Shown: piece after piece, positions 51,354-62,726 of the stretch
Layout of the letters: the number at the start of each line of letters is the position of its first letter
Numbering within the stretch: position 1 is the first letter of the stretch
From: Candidatus Atelocyanobacterium thalassae
Lineage (GTDB): Bacteria; Cyanobacteriota; Cyanobacteriia; Cyanobacteriales; Microcystaceae
Reading direction: 5' to 3'
Assembly: GCA_051971635.1 (NCBI GenBank)
Contig: JBFPLN010000001.1
Location: 160,001-224,000 of the forward strand
Length of the DNA: 64,000 nt
Translations under genes and position numbers: made by a program
Notes under the pieces: generated by a model
Databases searched by the model: none
Told to the model about the DNA's origin: nothing
Seen by the model: only the letters and a program-made list of their open reading frames with translations

Positions 51354-52044
51354 TTAATTATAAATTACTAAATTTTAGCTATACATAAAGAAAAGATTAT
51401 CATATAAAGATTTAACAGTAAACTTGATTTTCATAATAATTATACCTATATTACATCTTGGAGACATAGAACTTTTCTTTAAGAAGCCAGAAAAATGGAC
51501 AAAAAAAATCATGAAATATTTAGGTAATTCCAAGTTAATTAGTTTACTGAATCTCTTGACTTTACATTTCTCATCGTTTTAGTAATAAATTTTCTGGGAC
51601 ATTTCTTAAAATTTTTAAATAAATATCATTATGATGCTAGAGGTATAAATTTTAAAGATGGAAAATAATATGAAATTCAAGACGCAAATAAATGAACCAT
51701 GAAAGGTATGCCAGAACTTAATAAATACTATTCCTTAACAATTATATATATGCTACGCTTATAATAACGTTTTAAAAAACTTAGCTAGAATCTAAAGATA
51801 CTTTAGATGTATACTAGATTGCGAAGATTATCTAACTCGCCGATCTTAATAAATTACTAATTATCAGCTTTTGAGCTTCAATAAGTATCTTCCTAAAAGC
51901 TAGATGAAGCTGACTTATGATAATTGAATTAAAGAGAATTATATATTCAAAAATTAAATAAGAATTTTAATTAAATTGGTGAATAGATAATAGGCGGAAT
52001 GCCTCACAATAACAAAGGGAAATTCTTAAGGAGTTCACTCATAA

Positions 52045-52752
52045 ATGATGCTAGCATACACCCTATCTGTTACTGCGGGACTTGCGAGTCTATTTTTTTA
52101 CTTATCAGCATTTTTTTTCCCTAGATTACATAGAAAAGATGATTTTCTTTGGAGTGCTCTTGGACTGTTCTATTCTTTATCTCTCTGGATTGGCGTAGAG
52201 AAAGTAACAGGGGGTTTATTGTTAGGCCAATTATGTATTCTAATTTTGGTCTTGTCTTTTGGATGGCAAAATTTTCGATTGAGGAGTAAAGTTTTTAATT
52301 TGGAAGCCCAAACAAATTTTACTGAATTTTCTTTTTTAGACTGGATTGAGAATTTGTTAAAGAGACAATCTTTTTCTTCTTCTACAACTTCATCCAGTAA
52401 CGATAAAAAAACTAATTCTGATAGTCGTAAGAAAGAATTAAAACTACAGAAAAAAAATACTGTAGAAAATGAAAATATTAATATTTCCCAAAAAACACAA
52501 ATTAATAATCTCTTAAACAGAAAAAAATCTAATACAAAAAATCAAAATTTCTCTTTTAAATCTCTTTTCTCATTTCCTAAATTAGGCCTACAAATTAATC
52601 CTAAATTATCAGAAAATAATATAGGAAAAGAGTTATTAGATACGTCAAACATATTTTCTGGGTCGAGTAAAGAGGTCGAAAACTCTAAAAATCAAATTAG
52701 TGAAAACAAAAAAAATGTTATCAATAATGGTGATAAAGATTCAATAGATTAA
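52045..52752 (+). CDS. Ycf66 family protein
   Basis: FFFPRLHRKDDFLWS..GLFY, LLGQL, GWQNFRLR; low-complexity K/N/S tail. Confidence 0.8.
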   Translation: MMLAYTLSVTAGLASLFFYLSAFFFPRLHRKDDFLWSALGLFYSLSLWIGVEKVTGGLLLGQLCILILVLSFGWQNFRLRSKVFNLEAQTNFTEFSFLDWIENLLKRQSFSSSTTSSSNDKKTNSDSRKKELKLQKKNTVENENINISQKTQINNLLNRKKSNTKNQNFSFKSLFSFPKLGLQINPKLSENNIGKELLDTSNIFSGSSKEVENSKNQISENKKNVINNGDKDSID

Positions 52753-52954
52753 TCTTACTAATAATCATTTACATAAAGCTAATAGGTTAAAATCTATAAA
52801 AATAATACTATGGTAACAGTTTGAACATATAACTTTTAGGTAATTTATACTGTTGCTCTTCGTTAATATCTTAACTATCATATTTTTTTAATTACTAAAA
52901 GATATTATCTATAATGCTTTACATATATATTGTATTAGTTTGTTACTATTTATT

Positions 52955-54004
52955 TTAATCTTGCTTAACAATAGAAATCCAAGGATCTAAGATATCTTTA
53001 AATAAAATTTCCTCAATCCATGTTTTAGCAACTACTGTTAAAGGGAGGGCTAATAATAATCCTAATACTCCAAAAAATTGAGCAAAAAATATTTGTACTA
53101 CTAAAGTAACGACTGGAAGTAATGACACCTGTTTAGCCATCACTAAAGGTGTTAACCAATAGCTTTCAATATTTTGAATAATAATATACCAAATAATAAT
53201 TGCTCCTATTTTCCAAGGTTCATCTAGTAACGCTACCATCAATGGAAAAATTACACTAGTAACTGGACCAATATTAGGAATAAAGTTAAGCAATCCGGCT
53301 AATAATGCATGAACCAAGACTAATCTAATTTGTAAAAACCATAATCCTAAGCCACTTAGTGTTCCAATAAATAAACAATTTATAACAATTCCTATCAACC
53401 AATTTCCTAAAGCATTTTCTGAGAGTGTTAAAATTTCATCTCCACGTTTTCGGTAAAATAATGGAAAAAGCTTCAAGAATATACAACGATATCTATGAGG
53501 ATTTAAAATCATCATTATAGTTAATATTAAGATAAAAGTAAGTTGTGAAATAATTGTTAAAGAATTAGAAAAAATTGTGAAGAAGTTTGAAAATATATCT
53601 GTAAATAAAGGTTGTAGCTGGGAAAATAAATTATCTAGAGAAGGAGGTGAAGGCATTAAAAATAAATAACCCTGATTTTCTAAGATTAAAATTAAATAAC
53701 TACGTAATTTTTCCCCAATATTAGGCAACAAACTTAATAATTTTTGAAATTGATCAAAAAAGGGAGGAACTATCAACCAGCTAAATAAAATACTTGCTAT
53801 TGTGATTACAAAAACAATAATTAGAATTCCTAAAATTCTTGGAATTTTAATTTTCTCTAATAATTTAATTAATCTATTTATAGCTGTGGCAAAAATAACA
53901 GCTGTAAATATTAACAACAACATATGTTTAATTTCCCATAAGATGTAGCAAGAAATAATTAAACTAAATAACCCTATCCATTCACCAATATTCATGAAAA
54001 TCAC
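52955..54004 (-). CDS. AI-2E family transporter
   Basis: NFIPNIGP, IQNIESYWLTP, GLLLALPL. Confidence 0.88.
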   Translation of the reverse strand: MIFMNIGEWIGLFSLIISCYILWEIKHMLLLIFTAVIFATAINRLIKLLEKIKIPRILGILIIVFVITIASILFSWLIVPPFFDQFQKLLSLLPNIGEKLRSYLILILENQGYLFLMPSPPSLDNLFSQLQPLFTDIFSNFFTIFSNSLTIISQLTFILILTIMMILNPHRYRCIFLKLFPLFYRKRGDEILTLSENALGNWLIGIVINCLFIGTLSGLGLWFLQIRLVLVHALLAGLLNFIPNIGPVTSVIFPLMVALLDEPWKIGAIIIWYIIIQNIESYWLTPLVMAKQVSLLPVVTLVVQIFFAQFFGVLGLLLALPLTVVAKTWIEEILFKDILDPWISIVKQD

Positions 54005-54395
54005 TTAAACTTCTACAAATTATATATGTATATATTTTAAATACTTAAACTAAAATATTAATTTTTTTTTCTAAATATTTTTATAAAAGTTATTTGCTAA
54101 AGTCTGGTAAGTTTATAACTATATTTCCATTTATTTAAAAATTTAGATTTAGTATGAATTAATTTACTAATTGTGATTTATTACAGAGATATATCCTAAG
54201 CGAATAACTTCTATTGAATAGAATACTGTACTGTTATGATGACCATACATTTAATTAATGTACGATCAAATAGTTTTAATTAAAGCTATTTTAAAAATGA
54301 ATAGGCAATAATTGCGATACACTAACTTGAGTGTATGAAAATAGTGAGATATAGTTGTATAAAAAATTTACATTAACTATTATAAAAAAACGTTT

Positions 54396-55130
54396 ATGAT
54401 TGATATTAGAGCCGTAGTTTTAGCAGGTGGATATGGAACAAGAATTAAGCACTTAATTTCTGATATTCCTAAACCAATGTTTCGAGTTGCCGATAAGCCA
54501 TTTATAGAATGGATTATTTCTCATGTTAAACAACAGGGAATTAATCAGGGGATTATATCTACTGGTTACTTAGGAGAAGTTATCGAAGAACATTTTAATA
54601 AACATAAGATAAGCGGAATCGATATCAATTGCTATCAAGAGAAAACACAATTAGGGACGGCAGGAGGTTTTATTCATGCAGTTAGACAAAATGGTTCATC
54701 TCCTGAAGCATGGTTAGTCATGAATGGCGACTCTCTAATAGCAAATAATTTTAAAAAGTTGATTAGCTATTTAGACAATCCAGAAGTAGGATGTGTCATA
54801 TTAGGAATATCTGTAGATGACACATCTCGCTATGGCTCTTTAGTCTTTGATGAGTCTAATAATCTACTTCGGTTTTCTGAAAAAGAAAGTGGTCAAGGAT
54901 TGATTAATGGCGGAATATATCTGTTTCGTCATAAGATTCTGGAGCATTTTCCTTCAAAATATCCTCTTAGCTTTGAATATGACGTTTTTCCAAAATTGTT
55001 ACAACAAAATATTAAGATTAAAGTTTGTAAAGTTCAATCTCCGTTCTTAGATATTGGAACGCCAGAAACTTTAACACAAGCTGAAAAATTTATTAAAGAA
55101 AACTTTACCAATTTAATTAAACCATGCTGA
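54396..55130 (+). CDS. hddC: HddC-like heptose-1-phosphate guanylyltransferase / NTP transferase
   Basis: LAGGYGTR..PKPM, LGTAGG, NGDS, RYG, INGGIY, FLDIGTPE; overlaps a GHMP kinase. Confidence 0.7.
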   Translation: MIDIRAVVLAGGYGTRIKHLISDIPKPMFRVADKPFIEWIISHVKQQGINQGIISTGYLGEVIEEHFNKHKISGIDINCYQEKTQLGTAGGFIHAVRQNGSSPEAWLVMNGDSLIANNFKKLISYLDNPEVGCVILGISVDDTSRYGSLVFDESNNLLRFSEKESGQGLINGGIYLFRHKILEHFPSKYPLSFEYDVFPKLLQQNIKIKVCKVQSPFLDIGTPETLTQAEKFIKENFTNLIKPC

Positions 55131-56104
55131 TTGCACGTGCCCCTGTTAGAATAAGCTTTTTTGGAGGAGGAACAGATTATCCTGAACATTTTCTTCGTCA
55201 TGGAGGAGCTGTTTTATCAACAGCAATTGATAAATTTTCATACGTAACTGCAAGTCCTTTCCCTAGTCATTTGTTTGATTATCTAGTTCGTATATCTTAT
55301 CGTAAAGTTGAGCTAGTCAAAACAATTGATCATATCGAGCATAAAGTATTCCGCGAATGCTTAAAATTTTGTAACTTAGAGAAAGATATTGAATTACACA
55401 ATGTAGCAGACCTACCTGCTTTCACAGGCCTGGGATCATCATCAGCTTTTACCGTATCTTTGTTACAAGCATTACATAACTTTAAAGGAGAATTTATTAA
55501 ACCTTTGGATTTAGCTTATGAAGCAATTTATGTAGAGCGTCATCTAGTAAAAGATAATGTAGGATGTCAAGATCAATTAATGTCTGCAGTAGGAGGATTT
55601 AATTTAGTAGAATTTAGAACAGAAGAAGATATTATTGTTAACCGGGTAAATATTTCCCCTCAAAGGTTAGCCGAATTTGAATCTCATATTTTCATTGTAT
55701 TTACCGGCATTAAAAGACGTGCTTCTCAAGTAGTAGAAAAACAACTTAAGCGAGTAGAGGATAATCTCGAAACCCTCAAAAAGATGCGTAAGATGGTTGA
55801 TCAAGGTTGGAATATTCTTACTAATAACGAATCATTATCAAAATTTGGTGAGTTATTACATGAGGCTTGGATAGCTAAAAGAAGTTTGGATCAAGGTATT
55901 TCGAATCCAGAAATAGATTATTTGTATGAACTTGGACGAAAAAATGGAGCTTGGGGAGGTAAACTTCTAGGAGCAGGTGCAGGTGGATTTTTATTATTTT
56001 TCGCATCACCTGAAGTCCATCCAAAGCTAGAGAAAGTTTTTAAAAATCATCAGATACTTTCTATTAAGATCAATTCACCAGGTTCTCAGGTTATTTTTTC
56101 ATAA
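55124..56104 (+). CDS. hddA: HddA-like GHMP kinase (D-glycero-alpha-D-manno-heptose-7-phosphate kinase)
   Basis: APVRISFFGGGTDY, GLGSSS, GCQDQ, GGKLLGAGAGGF. Confidence 0.75.
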   Translation: MLIARAPVRISFFGGGTDYPEHFLRHGGAVLSTAIDKFSYVTASPFPSHLFDYLVRISYRKVELVKTIDHIEHKVFRECLKFCNLEKDIELHNVADLPAFTGLGSSSAFTVSLLQALHNFKGEFIKPLDLAYEAIYVERHLVKDNVGCQDQLMSAVGGFNLVEFRTEEDIIVNRVNISPQRLAEFESHIFIVFTGIKRRASQVVEKQLKRVEDNLETLKKMRKMVDQGWNILTNNESLSKFGELLHEAWIAKRSLDQGISNPEIDYLYELGRKNGAWGGKLLGAGAGGFLLFFASPEVHPKLEKVFKNHQILSIKINSPGSQVIFS

Positions 56105-56120
56105 ATTTATAGTAAATTGT

Positions 56121-56460
56121 ATGAGTAATAAATAGTTGATTGACTCGACGCTTTATTTTAGTAAACTTTTAGAATAAGTAGTTACCAATATATTTACTGG
56201 TAATTTTAATTTAGATAAAATCTATCCTAATATGTGACTACAAGAAATATAAATTAAACAACTAGCAAATATTTATTAAAGATATTTCCTTAGTCATAAG
56301 TTAACGTTTTAGGGAAAGCAATCATGTAATTATTTTGAAACAATGTTAATTTTTACAGTATTAAAAGTTATATGATAGTCAGTTTTATCCTCAATATAAT
56401 TATAAATATACTTCTTCTTAGTATTTTCAAAAAAAGTTTTATTCTGCAAGTTTTAGATAT
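56121..56460 (+). pseudogene. Decayed gene downstream of hddA, possibly gmhA
   Basis: ATG about 17 nt after the hddA stop: MSNK*LIDSTLYFSKLLE*VVTNIFTGN, with stops one change from W/Q; later RFRE and SKKVL fragments loosely resemble GmhA. Confidence 0.3.
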
Positions 56461-56740
56461 AAAGTTATATAAACAGTATAAGAATAGAATTTAGTTTCTG
56501 AAGATTTATAAAAGATAAAGAAATCGTATTTATATTTACTCAACAATCTTATTACTAAAATTTATTAAAGATAATTATATAATTTGGTTAAAAATTATAC
56601 ATAAGATTTTCTATATATGTTCTTAAAAAGATCAACGTAATTTACTTTCAATAGGCAAAAAAGCTACATTTAAAATTTCTAGCATATTAAATAACTATAT
56701 TCAGATTAAAATAAGATAACCTAAAACAATAATTAATCAT

Positions 56741-57304
56741 ATGATTGAATTTATTCATATTCATCGTATTAAGAATTTTTTAATTGCCATTGTTTCCATT
56801 ATTCTTGGCGTAACTATATTTCTTGGTTTCCAAAAACAGGTAAATTCTTCCTCTTTAGAATTTCAAGCTAAGCAATCTATTTCTATGGAGGTTGCAATGA
56901 TGAATAAAAAGCCAACAGTATTAGAATTCTACGCTACATGGTGTACAAGCTGTCAATCAATGGCTTCAAAATTAGCGAAATTTAAAGAAAAATATTCCAA
57001 TAATATTAATTTTGTAATGCTCAATGTAGATAACAATAAATGGCTACCTGATATTCTTCATTATCAAATTAAAGGCATTCCATACTTTGTTTTTATGGAT
57101 CATCAAAATAAAATAGTTGCTCAAACAATTGGGGAACAACCTTTTGAAGTGATGCAAGCTAATTTAGATGCGTTAAATAAGAATGAAAAGTTACCTTATT
57201 CCTATGTAACTGGTAAAAATTCTGATTTTTCCGCCACCATAAAAACATCTTCAGATAGTCCTCTAAGTCATGGACATAAAACCTTAAGTCAAGCCTTGGA
57301 ATAA
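56741..57304 (+). CDS. txlA: Thylakoid thioredoxin-like TxlA/HCF164
   Basis: N-terminal TM segment, EFYATWCTSC, NFVMLNVDNNKW, GIPYF. Confidence 0.85.
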   Translation: MIEFIHIHRIKNFLIAIVSIILGVTIFLGFQKQVNSSSLEFQAKQSISMEVAMMNKKPTVLEFYATWCTSCQSMASKLAKFKEKYSNNINFVMLNVDNNKWLPDILHYQIKGIPYFVFMDHQNKIVAQTIGEQPFEVMQANLDALNKNEKLPYSYVTGKNSDFSATIKTSSDSPLSHGHKTLSQALE

Positions 57305-57333
57305 TCTTTTTTATTTTGTGCTACTATACCTTT

Positions 57334-57512
57334 ACGAACTGCTGTTTTGGTGACTGCCAAAAGAGTTTTTTGACTATGCTCTAAATTTAAGGGCTTTAAT
57401 TTAGATATCGTAGTAGTAAACCAAGCTTAGATTTGGAAACAGAATCGATAATCAATCAAGGCCCACCTGGTTTTCCAGGTCATAAACTGAGGTAAAACGA
57501 TACAGCGGTTCT
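57334..57512 (+). ncRNA. ssaA: 6S RNA (SsaA)
   Basis: About 180 nt; 5' GAACTGCTGT pairs with 3' ACAGCGGTTC; CACCTGGTTTTCCAGGT hairpin and AACTGAGGTAAAACG typical of cyanobacterial 6S; extended -10 TG-C-TACTAT at 57319-57327. Confidence 0.8.
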
Positions 57513-57594
57513 TCAAAACTATTTCTGTTATGAAAAATATAAGCAGAATACAAATTATTTATTATAGGCTTTAAATTAAATCATTGAGATATGG

Positions 57595-57638
57595 ATAAAT
57601 CCTGCAATAGTCTTTTAAAAAACTACCGCAGGATTTAT
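57595..57638 (-). terminator. ndhH terminator hairpin
   Basis: Minus-strand ATAAATCCTGCGGTAGT...ACTATTGCAGGATTTAT; the mismatches become G-U pairs only on the minus strand. Confidence 0.7.
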
Positions 57639-57653
57639 ATATATTATTTGTAG

Positions 57654-58838
57654 TTAACGATCCACTGAGCCCATAATGACATCAATACTACCTAAAATTG
57701 CCATAATATCAGCTACTTTTACTCCCTTAAGTAAATGAGGTAGAATTTGTAAATTATTGAAGTCAGGAGCGCGAATTTTCCAGCGCCATGGGAAGACATC
57801 ATTATTACCAATAATAAAGATTCCTAATTCTCCTTTCCCACTCTCTAGACGAACATAGTGTTCACCTGATGGAATTTTAAATGTAGGAGCAACTTTCTTA
57901 GCTATGTATTGATAGTCGAAATCGTCCCACTGAGACTTTTTCCCTTCTATCATACGATTCGCTTCTAAATTTTCGTAAGGTCCTCCTGGAATACTCTTAA
58001 GAGCTTGACAGATGATTTTAGCCGATTCACGCATTTCTTTAATACGAACAAGATAGCGAGCTAAGCAATCTCCTTCTGTCTCCCACTGGATATCCCAATC
58101 AAAGTCATCATAACATTCATAATGATCAACTTTTCGAAGATCCCATTTCACGCCAGAGCCGCGTAACATAGGACCAGATAACCCCCAATTAATGGCATCC
58201 TCGCGAGTAATTTTTCCTATTCCTTCTATACGACGTCGGAAAATAGGATTATTAGTAATTAACTTCTCATATTCATCTACTTTAATTTTAAAGTGATTGC
58301 AGAAGTCTTCACATTTGTCGATCCAACCATATGGTAAATCAACTGCTACTCCTCCAATACGGAAGTAGTTATTATTAATCAATCTCATTCCTGAAGCTGC
58401 TTCCCAAAGATCGTAAATCATTTCACGTTCTCGGAAAATATAGAAGAAAGGAGTCGTTGCACCTACATCCGCTAAGAAAGGACCTAACCATAATAAATGG
58501 TTAGCAATGCGATTCAATTCCAACATAATGACCCGAATATATTGGGCACGTTTTGGAACTTGAATATTTGCCAGTTTCTCTGGTGCATTTACAGTAATCG
58601 CCTCATTAAACATTCCAGCCGCATAATCCCAACGACTGACATAAGGAACGTACATAATGTTAGTACGATTTTCTGCAATTTTCTCCATCCCACGGTGAAG
58701 ATACCCAATAACAGGTTCACAGTCTACTACATCTTCCCCGTCTAGGGTAACGATCAGACGTAGTACCCCATGCATTGAGGGATGATGTGGCCCCATGTTT
58801 ATTACCATGGGTTCGGTTCTAGTTTCGATTTTTGACAT
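57654..58838 (-). CDS. ndhH: NAD(P)H-quinone oxidoreductase subunit H
   Basis: [33 protein letters not shown]. Confidence 0.97.
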   Translation of the reverse strand: MSKIETRTEPMVINMGPHHPSMHGVLRLIVTLDGEDVVDCEPVIGYLHRGMEKIAENRTNIMYVPYVSRWDYAAGMFNEAITVNAPEKLANIQVPKRAQYIRVIMLELNRIANHLLWLGPFLADVGATTPFFYIFREREMIYDLWEAASGMRLINNNYFRIGGVAVDLPYGWIDKCEDFCNHFKIKVDEYEKLITNNPIFRRRIEGIGKITREDAINWGLSGPMLRGSGVKWDLRKVDHYECYDDFDWDIQWETEGDCLARYLVRIKEMRESAKIICQALKSIPGGPYENLEANRMIEGKKSQWDDFDYQYIAKKVAPTFKIPSGEHYVRLESGKGELGIFIIGNNDVFPWRWKIRAPDFNNLQILPHLLKGVKVADIMAILGSIDVIMGSVDR

Positions 58839-59340
58839 AGAGTGGCCAGTTGATCGTCATCATCTATTCTAGAATAACAGGGCAGCTTTCACATAGCTTT
58901 ACAATAAAATTTGTCTCTATAAATTGAGAATAATCTTAATAAGCTAATAATTAATCATGAAAATAGTGAACACTGGTCCAATTAAATAGTTATAGATAAT
59001 TTAAATAATTTTTCTGAATATATTTATTTTTATGATATATATGTATATATTATAAAAAATAATTAGTAGAATATCAGGATAAAAGCACCATCATTATAAA
59101 TTGAGAATATAAGCTAAATATATTCTAGTTAAAAAAACGATTAATTTTATGTTGTGTCAAACGGCATTTTTTGATACTACTAAATAAAAAACCATCTTTA
59201 AGACAATCATAGCTCTTTCTATTTTCAACATATTACTTAGATTTAACAATTATTTTCAACATAATTTTAACTTTTGTGTTAACGTTCGATAAATAATAAT
59301 TTTCAGGTTTCTTATAACGTCAATCTGGTGATCATAACTT

Positions 59341-60717
59341 ATGCGCATCAGTCTATTAGAGCGAATATTACGTAAAGTTAAAATCAAACAGCGTGATTTA
59401 GTAAGCATAGGCCAAAAGACTCCAAAGAAAGTTAATAGATGGATGAAATGGCTTTCTCCAGGCTTATTAATCAAGCGTTGGCTATTTATTAGTTCTACAG
59501 GTGTATTACTAATAGTTTTAGGGTTAGCTATTTGGAGTAAATTAACACCAGTAAATAGATTGTTGGAATTGATTTCTCAATTCCTTGAAAATGTTACAAC
59601 TCGTATTCCTAATTACATATCCGGTCCGGGAGCTCTTTTACTGGGAATATTCTTACTCTTATGGGGACAAAATCGAACCCTAGTTTCTATTACTGAAGCT
59701 TTTTCTGATGGAGATCAGGAATTAGTTGATCGTCTTCTTAATCATAGGCGTTTAAATCGTGGACCTAAAATCGTAACAATTGGTGGAGGTACAGGATTAT
59801 CTACTTTATTAAGAGGTTTAAAGCAATATAGTGCAAATATTACAGCTATCGTTACAGTAGCTGACGATGGTGGCTCTTCGGGAAGACTACGGGAAGAAAT
59901 AGGAGTTTTACCTCCTGGTGACATTCGTAATTGTATGACTGCTTTGGCCGATGAAGAGAAACTCTTAACAGAATTGTTTCAATATCGTTTCCAAGCAGGC
60001 GATGGTCTTACTGGCCACAGCTTTGGTAATTTATTTTTAACGGCCATGACAGCAATTACAGGAAGAGATTTTGAAAAGGCAATTGCTGCAAGTTCCAAAG
60101 TTTTAGCAATACGAGGTAAAGTATTACCAGCAACTTTAAGTGATGTTCGTTTATGGGCAAAATTAGATGATGGTCGTTTTATAGAAGGCGAATCTCACAT
60201 AACAGAAGCTGGTGGAAATATTACTCAAATCGGTTGTTTTCCCTCTAATCCACCTGCCTTGCCTGCTGCATTACAAGCCATTAAAGAAGCAAACTATGTA
60301 ATAATAGGTCCTGGTAGCTTATATACTAGCGTTATCCCTAATCTTTTAGTTCCAGAACTTAGAGAAGCTCTAAAAAAAGTCAAAATTCCTCGAATTTATG
60401 TTAGTAATATCATGACTCAACCTGGAGAGACTGAAGGATACTCAGTATCGGATCATATAAAAGCTATTGAGCAGGTTTGTGGACAGAAAGTATTCGATGC
60501 AGTTTTAGTACAACGTGTTCCCCCTTCTCCTCCTGCATTAAAACATTATGCGCTAGAAAACTGTCATCCTGTCTTCTTAGATAAGGAAAACGTAAAAGCG
60601 TTAGGCTATCGTATAGTCTTAGCTAACGTTATGGATGAAAACTCAATGACAATTAAAATTAGCCATCATCCTCAGCGCTTAGCAAGGGTCTTATTACGTT
60701 GGTATGGAAAAAACTAA
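59341..60717 (+). CDS. yvcK: YvcK/UPF0052 gluconeogenesis factor family protein
   Basis: [45 protein letters not shown]. Confidence 0.9.
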   Translation: MRISLLERILRKVKIKQRDLVSIGQKTPKKVNRWMKWLSPGLLIKRWLFISSTGVLLIVLGLAIWSKLTPVNRLLELISQFLENVTTRIPNYISGPGALLLGIFLLLWGQNRTLVSITEAFSDGDQELVDRLLNHRRLNRGPKIVTIGGGTGLSTLLRGLKQYSANITAIVTVADDGGSSGRLREEIGVLPPGDIRNCMTALADEEKLLTELFQYRFQAGDGLTGHSFGNLFLTAMTAITGRDFEKAIAASSKVLAIRGKVLPATLSDVRLWAKLDDGRFIEGESHITEAGGNITQIGCFPSNPPALPAALQAIKEANYVIIGPGSLYTSVIPNLLVPELREALKKVKIPRIYVSNIMTQPGETEGYSVSDHIKAIEQVCGQKVFDAVLVQRVPPSPPALKHYALENCHPVFLDKENVKALGYRIVLANVMDENSMTIKISHHPQRLARVLLRWYGKN

Positions 60718-61137
60718 AGTAATACAAGCATTAAAATCGTATTTTATTAATATATTGCAACTGCTAAAAAAGTTGAAATAGAAATTTATATTTTAAGTAA
60801 ATAGTTACTCTTAATAAAAGAAAGTATAAAACTATTTTCAATTAAGTTTCTTATTGTAATTAGTTGTTGTAATTATTTCTTGTTATGTAAATAAAATATT
60901 TTATATCGAGTAATTATTAACTTTCTACATAAAGAAGTAATTTAACAAATTTCATATATAAATTATTAAAAAAAATTGATAATTTATTGTCTAATTTAAA
61001 TAGATATTATAAATTATTTCATCATAATTTATAATATCTATTTCATAAACTATAATTAAAAGTTGAGAAAAGATAAAAACTAATTATCGTAATTGATAAA
61101 ATAAATTTATTCTTAAAATATTACAAGTATTAATAAT

Positions 61138-62571
61138 ATGACATCGAACCGAGATAATCCCTTCCTCAATCTCGAATATCAAACTGCTTTAGAAGATTTA
61201 GGGAATGAGTACTATGAAGAGGTAAGTGCAGCTAGATTTCCACAACATATTTTAAGATTTCGTAATAATGATTTATTGAAGTATCTGGGACTAGTACCAG
61301 ATAATGTAGACGATATACATTTTGTTGAAGTATTTGGAAAGTTTAAAAAAATAAGACCTTTTTTAGCATTATGCTATCACGGTTATCAATTTGGAGAATA
61401 CAATTCTTTTTTAGGTGATGGAAGAGGATTCCTGTATGGACAAGTTAAAGGAATAGATGAAGAGATTTATGATTTTGGGACAAAAGGATCTGGAAAAACG
61501 CCTTACTCTAGAGGCGGTGATGGGAAATTGACTCTTAAAGGGGGAATTAGAGAAGTTCTCGCAGCGGAAATATTACATAGAGTTGGAGTTAAAACATCTC
61601 GATGTCTAAGCTTGATCGAAACAGGCGAAAGATTATGGAGAGGAGATGAGCCGTCTCCTACTCGTTCTTCAGTGATGGTCAGAATGAGTCGCTCCCATAT
61701 TCGTTTTGGGACTTTTGAACGTCTCTATCATCTTAAAAGACCTGACTTAATCAAAAAATTATTAGATTTTGTGATTAATACTTATTATCCAGAAATTGCT
61801 TTAGAAAATGATCGTTATGGTTTATTTTATGAAGAATTAGTAAAAAGAAATGCTCAGTTAGTCGCTCATTGGATGGCTGCAGGATTTTGTCATGGGGTAC
61901 TTAATACAGACAACATGTCTATTGTTGGTGAAAGCTTTGATTATGGGCCTTATGCTTTTATTGATACATATGACCCACTTTTTACTTCTGCTTATTTTGA
62001 TCATGGTCGACGCTATAGCTATGGTAATCAACCTTTAATGGTTCGTACCAATTTAGAAATGTTACAGTTACCATTGATGAGTATCATACCTCCTAAGGTT
62101 TTAGAAGCAGGTATAAGTAAGTTTACTTATTACTATGAGAATGCATATCGTGAAGCAATCTCTAATAAATTAGGTTTAACAGGAATAGTTAATCAAGAAA
62201 GTGAACTCCTAGAAGCAACAATAGATGTATTAAAAACAAGTCAAATTAATTATCACCAATTTTTTATTTACTTGATAGACAACATAAATAGAAGCTGGTG
62301 GGAAAACCCTTCTAATATTTTGGATAAAACTAGATTGCCTGCTGCAAATTGGGTGAATTGGAAAAGGATATATAATAAGTGTTTAAATCAATATTCTTCG
62401 GATCAAATCAACAATATTATCAATAATTTAAATCAGTTTAATATTAGAATTCCTTTGCTGAAGTCAAAAATAGAATTATTATGGGAATCCATAGCTTATC
62501 GTGACGATTGGCAACCTTTTTATCAATTAATAAAAAATACTGTACCTTCTAAAATAACAATAACCAAATAG
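61138..62571 (+). CDS. selO: Protein adenylyltransferase SelO (YdiU)
   Basis: YHGYQFG..LGDGRG, KGSGKTPYSRGGDG, HGVLNTDN, FDYGPY. Confidence 0.92.
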   Translation: MTSNRDNPFLNLEYQTALEDLGNEYYEEVSAARFPQHILRFRNNDLLKYLGLVPDNVDDIHFVEVFGKFKKIRPFLALCYHGYQFGEYNSFLGDGRGFLYGQVKGIDEEIYDFGTKGSGKTPYSRGGDGKLTLKGGIREVLAAEILHRVGVKTSRCLSLIETGERLWRGDEPSPTRSSVMVRMSRSHIRFGTFERLYHLKRPDLIKKLLDFVINTYYPEIALENDRYGLFYEELVKRNAQLVAHWMAAGFCHGVLNTDNMSIVGESFDYGPYAFIDTYDPLFTSAYFDHGRRYSYGNQPLMVRTNLEMLQLPLMSIIPPKVLEAGISKFTYYYENAYREAISNKLGLTGIVNQESELLEATIDVLKTSQINYHQFFIYLIDNINRSWWENPSNILDKTRLPAANWVNWKRIYNKCLNQYSSDQINNIINNLNQFNIRIPLLKSKIELLWESIAYRDDWQPFYQLIKNTVPSKITITK

Positions 62572-62726
62572 AATATTCATGATTCAATACCTAATTTTTA
62601 TTGACATATTAATTATTAATATAAATGTACATTACTTGAATATAGAGAATGTTAATAATAACTAAAATTGATAATATGGCTCATGAGATTTAAAATATAG
62701 TTCACCAAACATTTATATAAAAATTT

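Noticed and set aside
58989..59045. Possible rsmH remnant divergent from ndhH (VIDNLNNFSEYIYFYDIYV)
   Set aside because: Single short AT-rich fragment with no GGGGHS motif; too weak
12741..59924. Short ORFs overlapping real genes (e.g. 12741, 13745, 14574, 22053, 27533, 28749, 28762, 29930, 30553, 32756, 34950, 44961, 47119, 50046, 58497, 59256, 59742)
   Set aside because: Antisense or off-frame shadows of conserved genes with no independent motifs
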